The notes under the pieces: model-generated
What the model saw: only the letters and a program-made list of their open reading frames with translations
Told to the model about the DNA's origin: nothing
Databases searched by the model: none
DNA from: Squalus acanthias
Taxonomy: Eukaryota
Assembly: GCA_030390025.1 (NCBI GenBank)
Contig: JASTWF010000363.1
Coordinates: 186,001 to 250,000, forward strand
Length of the DNA stretch: 64,000 nt
Direction of reading: 5' to 3'
Shown here: positions 63,857-64,000 of the stretch, piece after piece
How the letters are laid out: each line of letters opens with the position of its first letter
Position numbering within the stretch: the first letter of the stretch is position 1
Position numbers and translations under genes: made by a program

Positions 63857-64000
63857 CTGACACGTTAAGCAACGCGATACTACCCCTGTACTGAGCTTTA
63901 TGTAAATTCTTGCCGAATAAAATAAGCAACTGCCCTGAAGCAGAAAACATCTAAGCGCACTTTGTGCCGCGACACTTCAAACTCTCTCCTGCAGCGCTCC

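Overview
This is eukaryotic, repeat-dense vertebrate DNA. The mix of CR1, L2, RTE, Tx1, Penelope, DeuSINE and Harbinger repeats suggests a cartilaginous fish (inference). The only host gene I can support is the 3' part of TTC38 on the + strand: nine GT-AG exons between 4935 and 39681 that splice in frame to about 289 aa. Most of the rest is transposon-derived. It includes many CR1 and L2 LINE fragments, an RTE, a Tx1-like 3' end, a young Penelope-like element (RT + GIY-YIG) inserted in frame into a CR1, DeuSINEs, and a PIF/Harbinger family. The Harbinger family ranges from near-autonomous two-gene copies (DDE transposase plus a convergent, spliced Myb/SANT gene) to MITEs. The most notable items are: minimal hammerhead ribozyme motifs inside TTC38 introns, a 593-codon CR1-Penelope chimeric ORF, an open spliced Myb/SANT ORF in a transposase-less Harbinger, CRE palindromes carried by the Harbinger family, a stray duplicate of a TTC38 exon 3' of the gene, and an 85-bp tandem repeat built from a SINE head. 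All calls were made by eye with no database search, and most short ORFs in the track are shadows of repeats.
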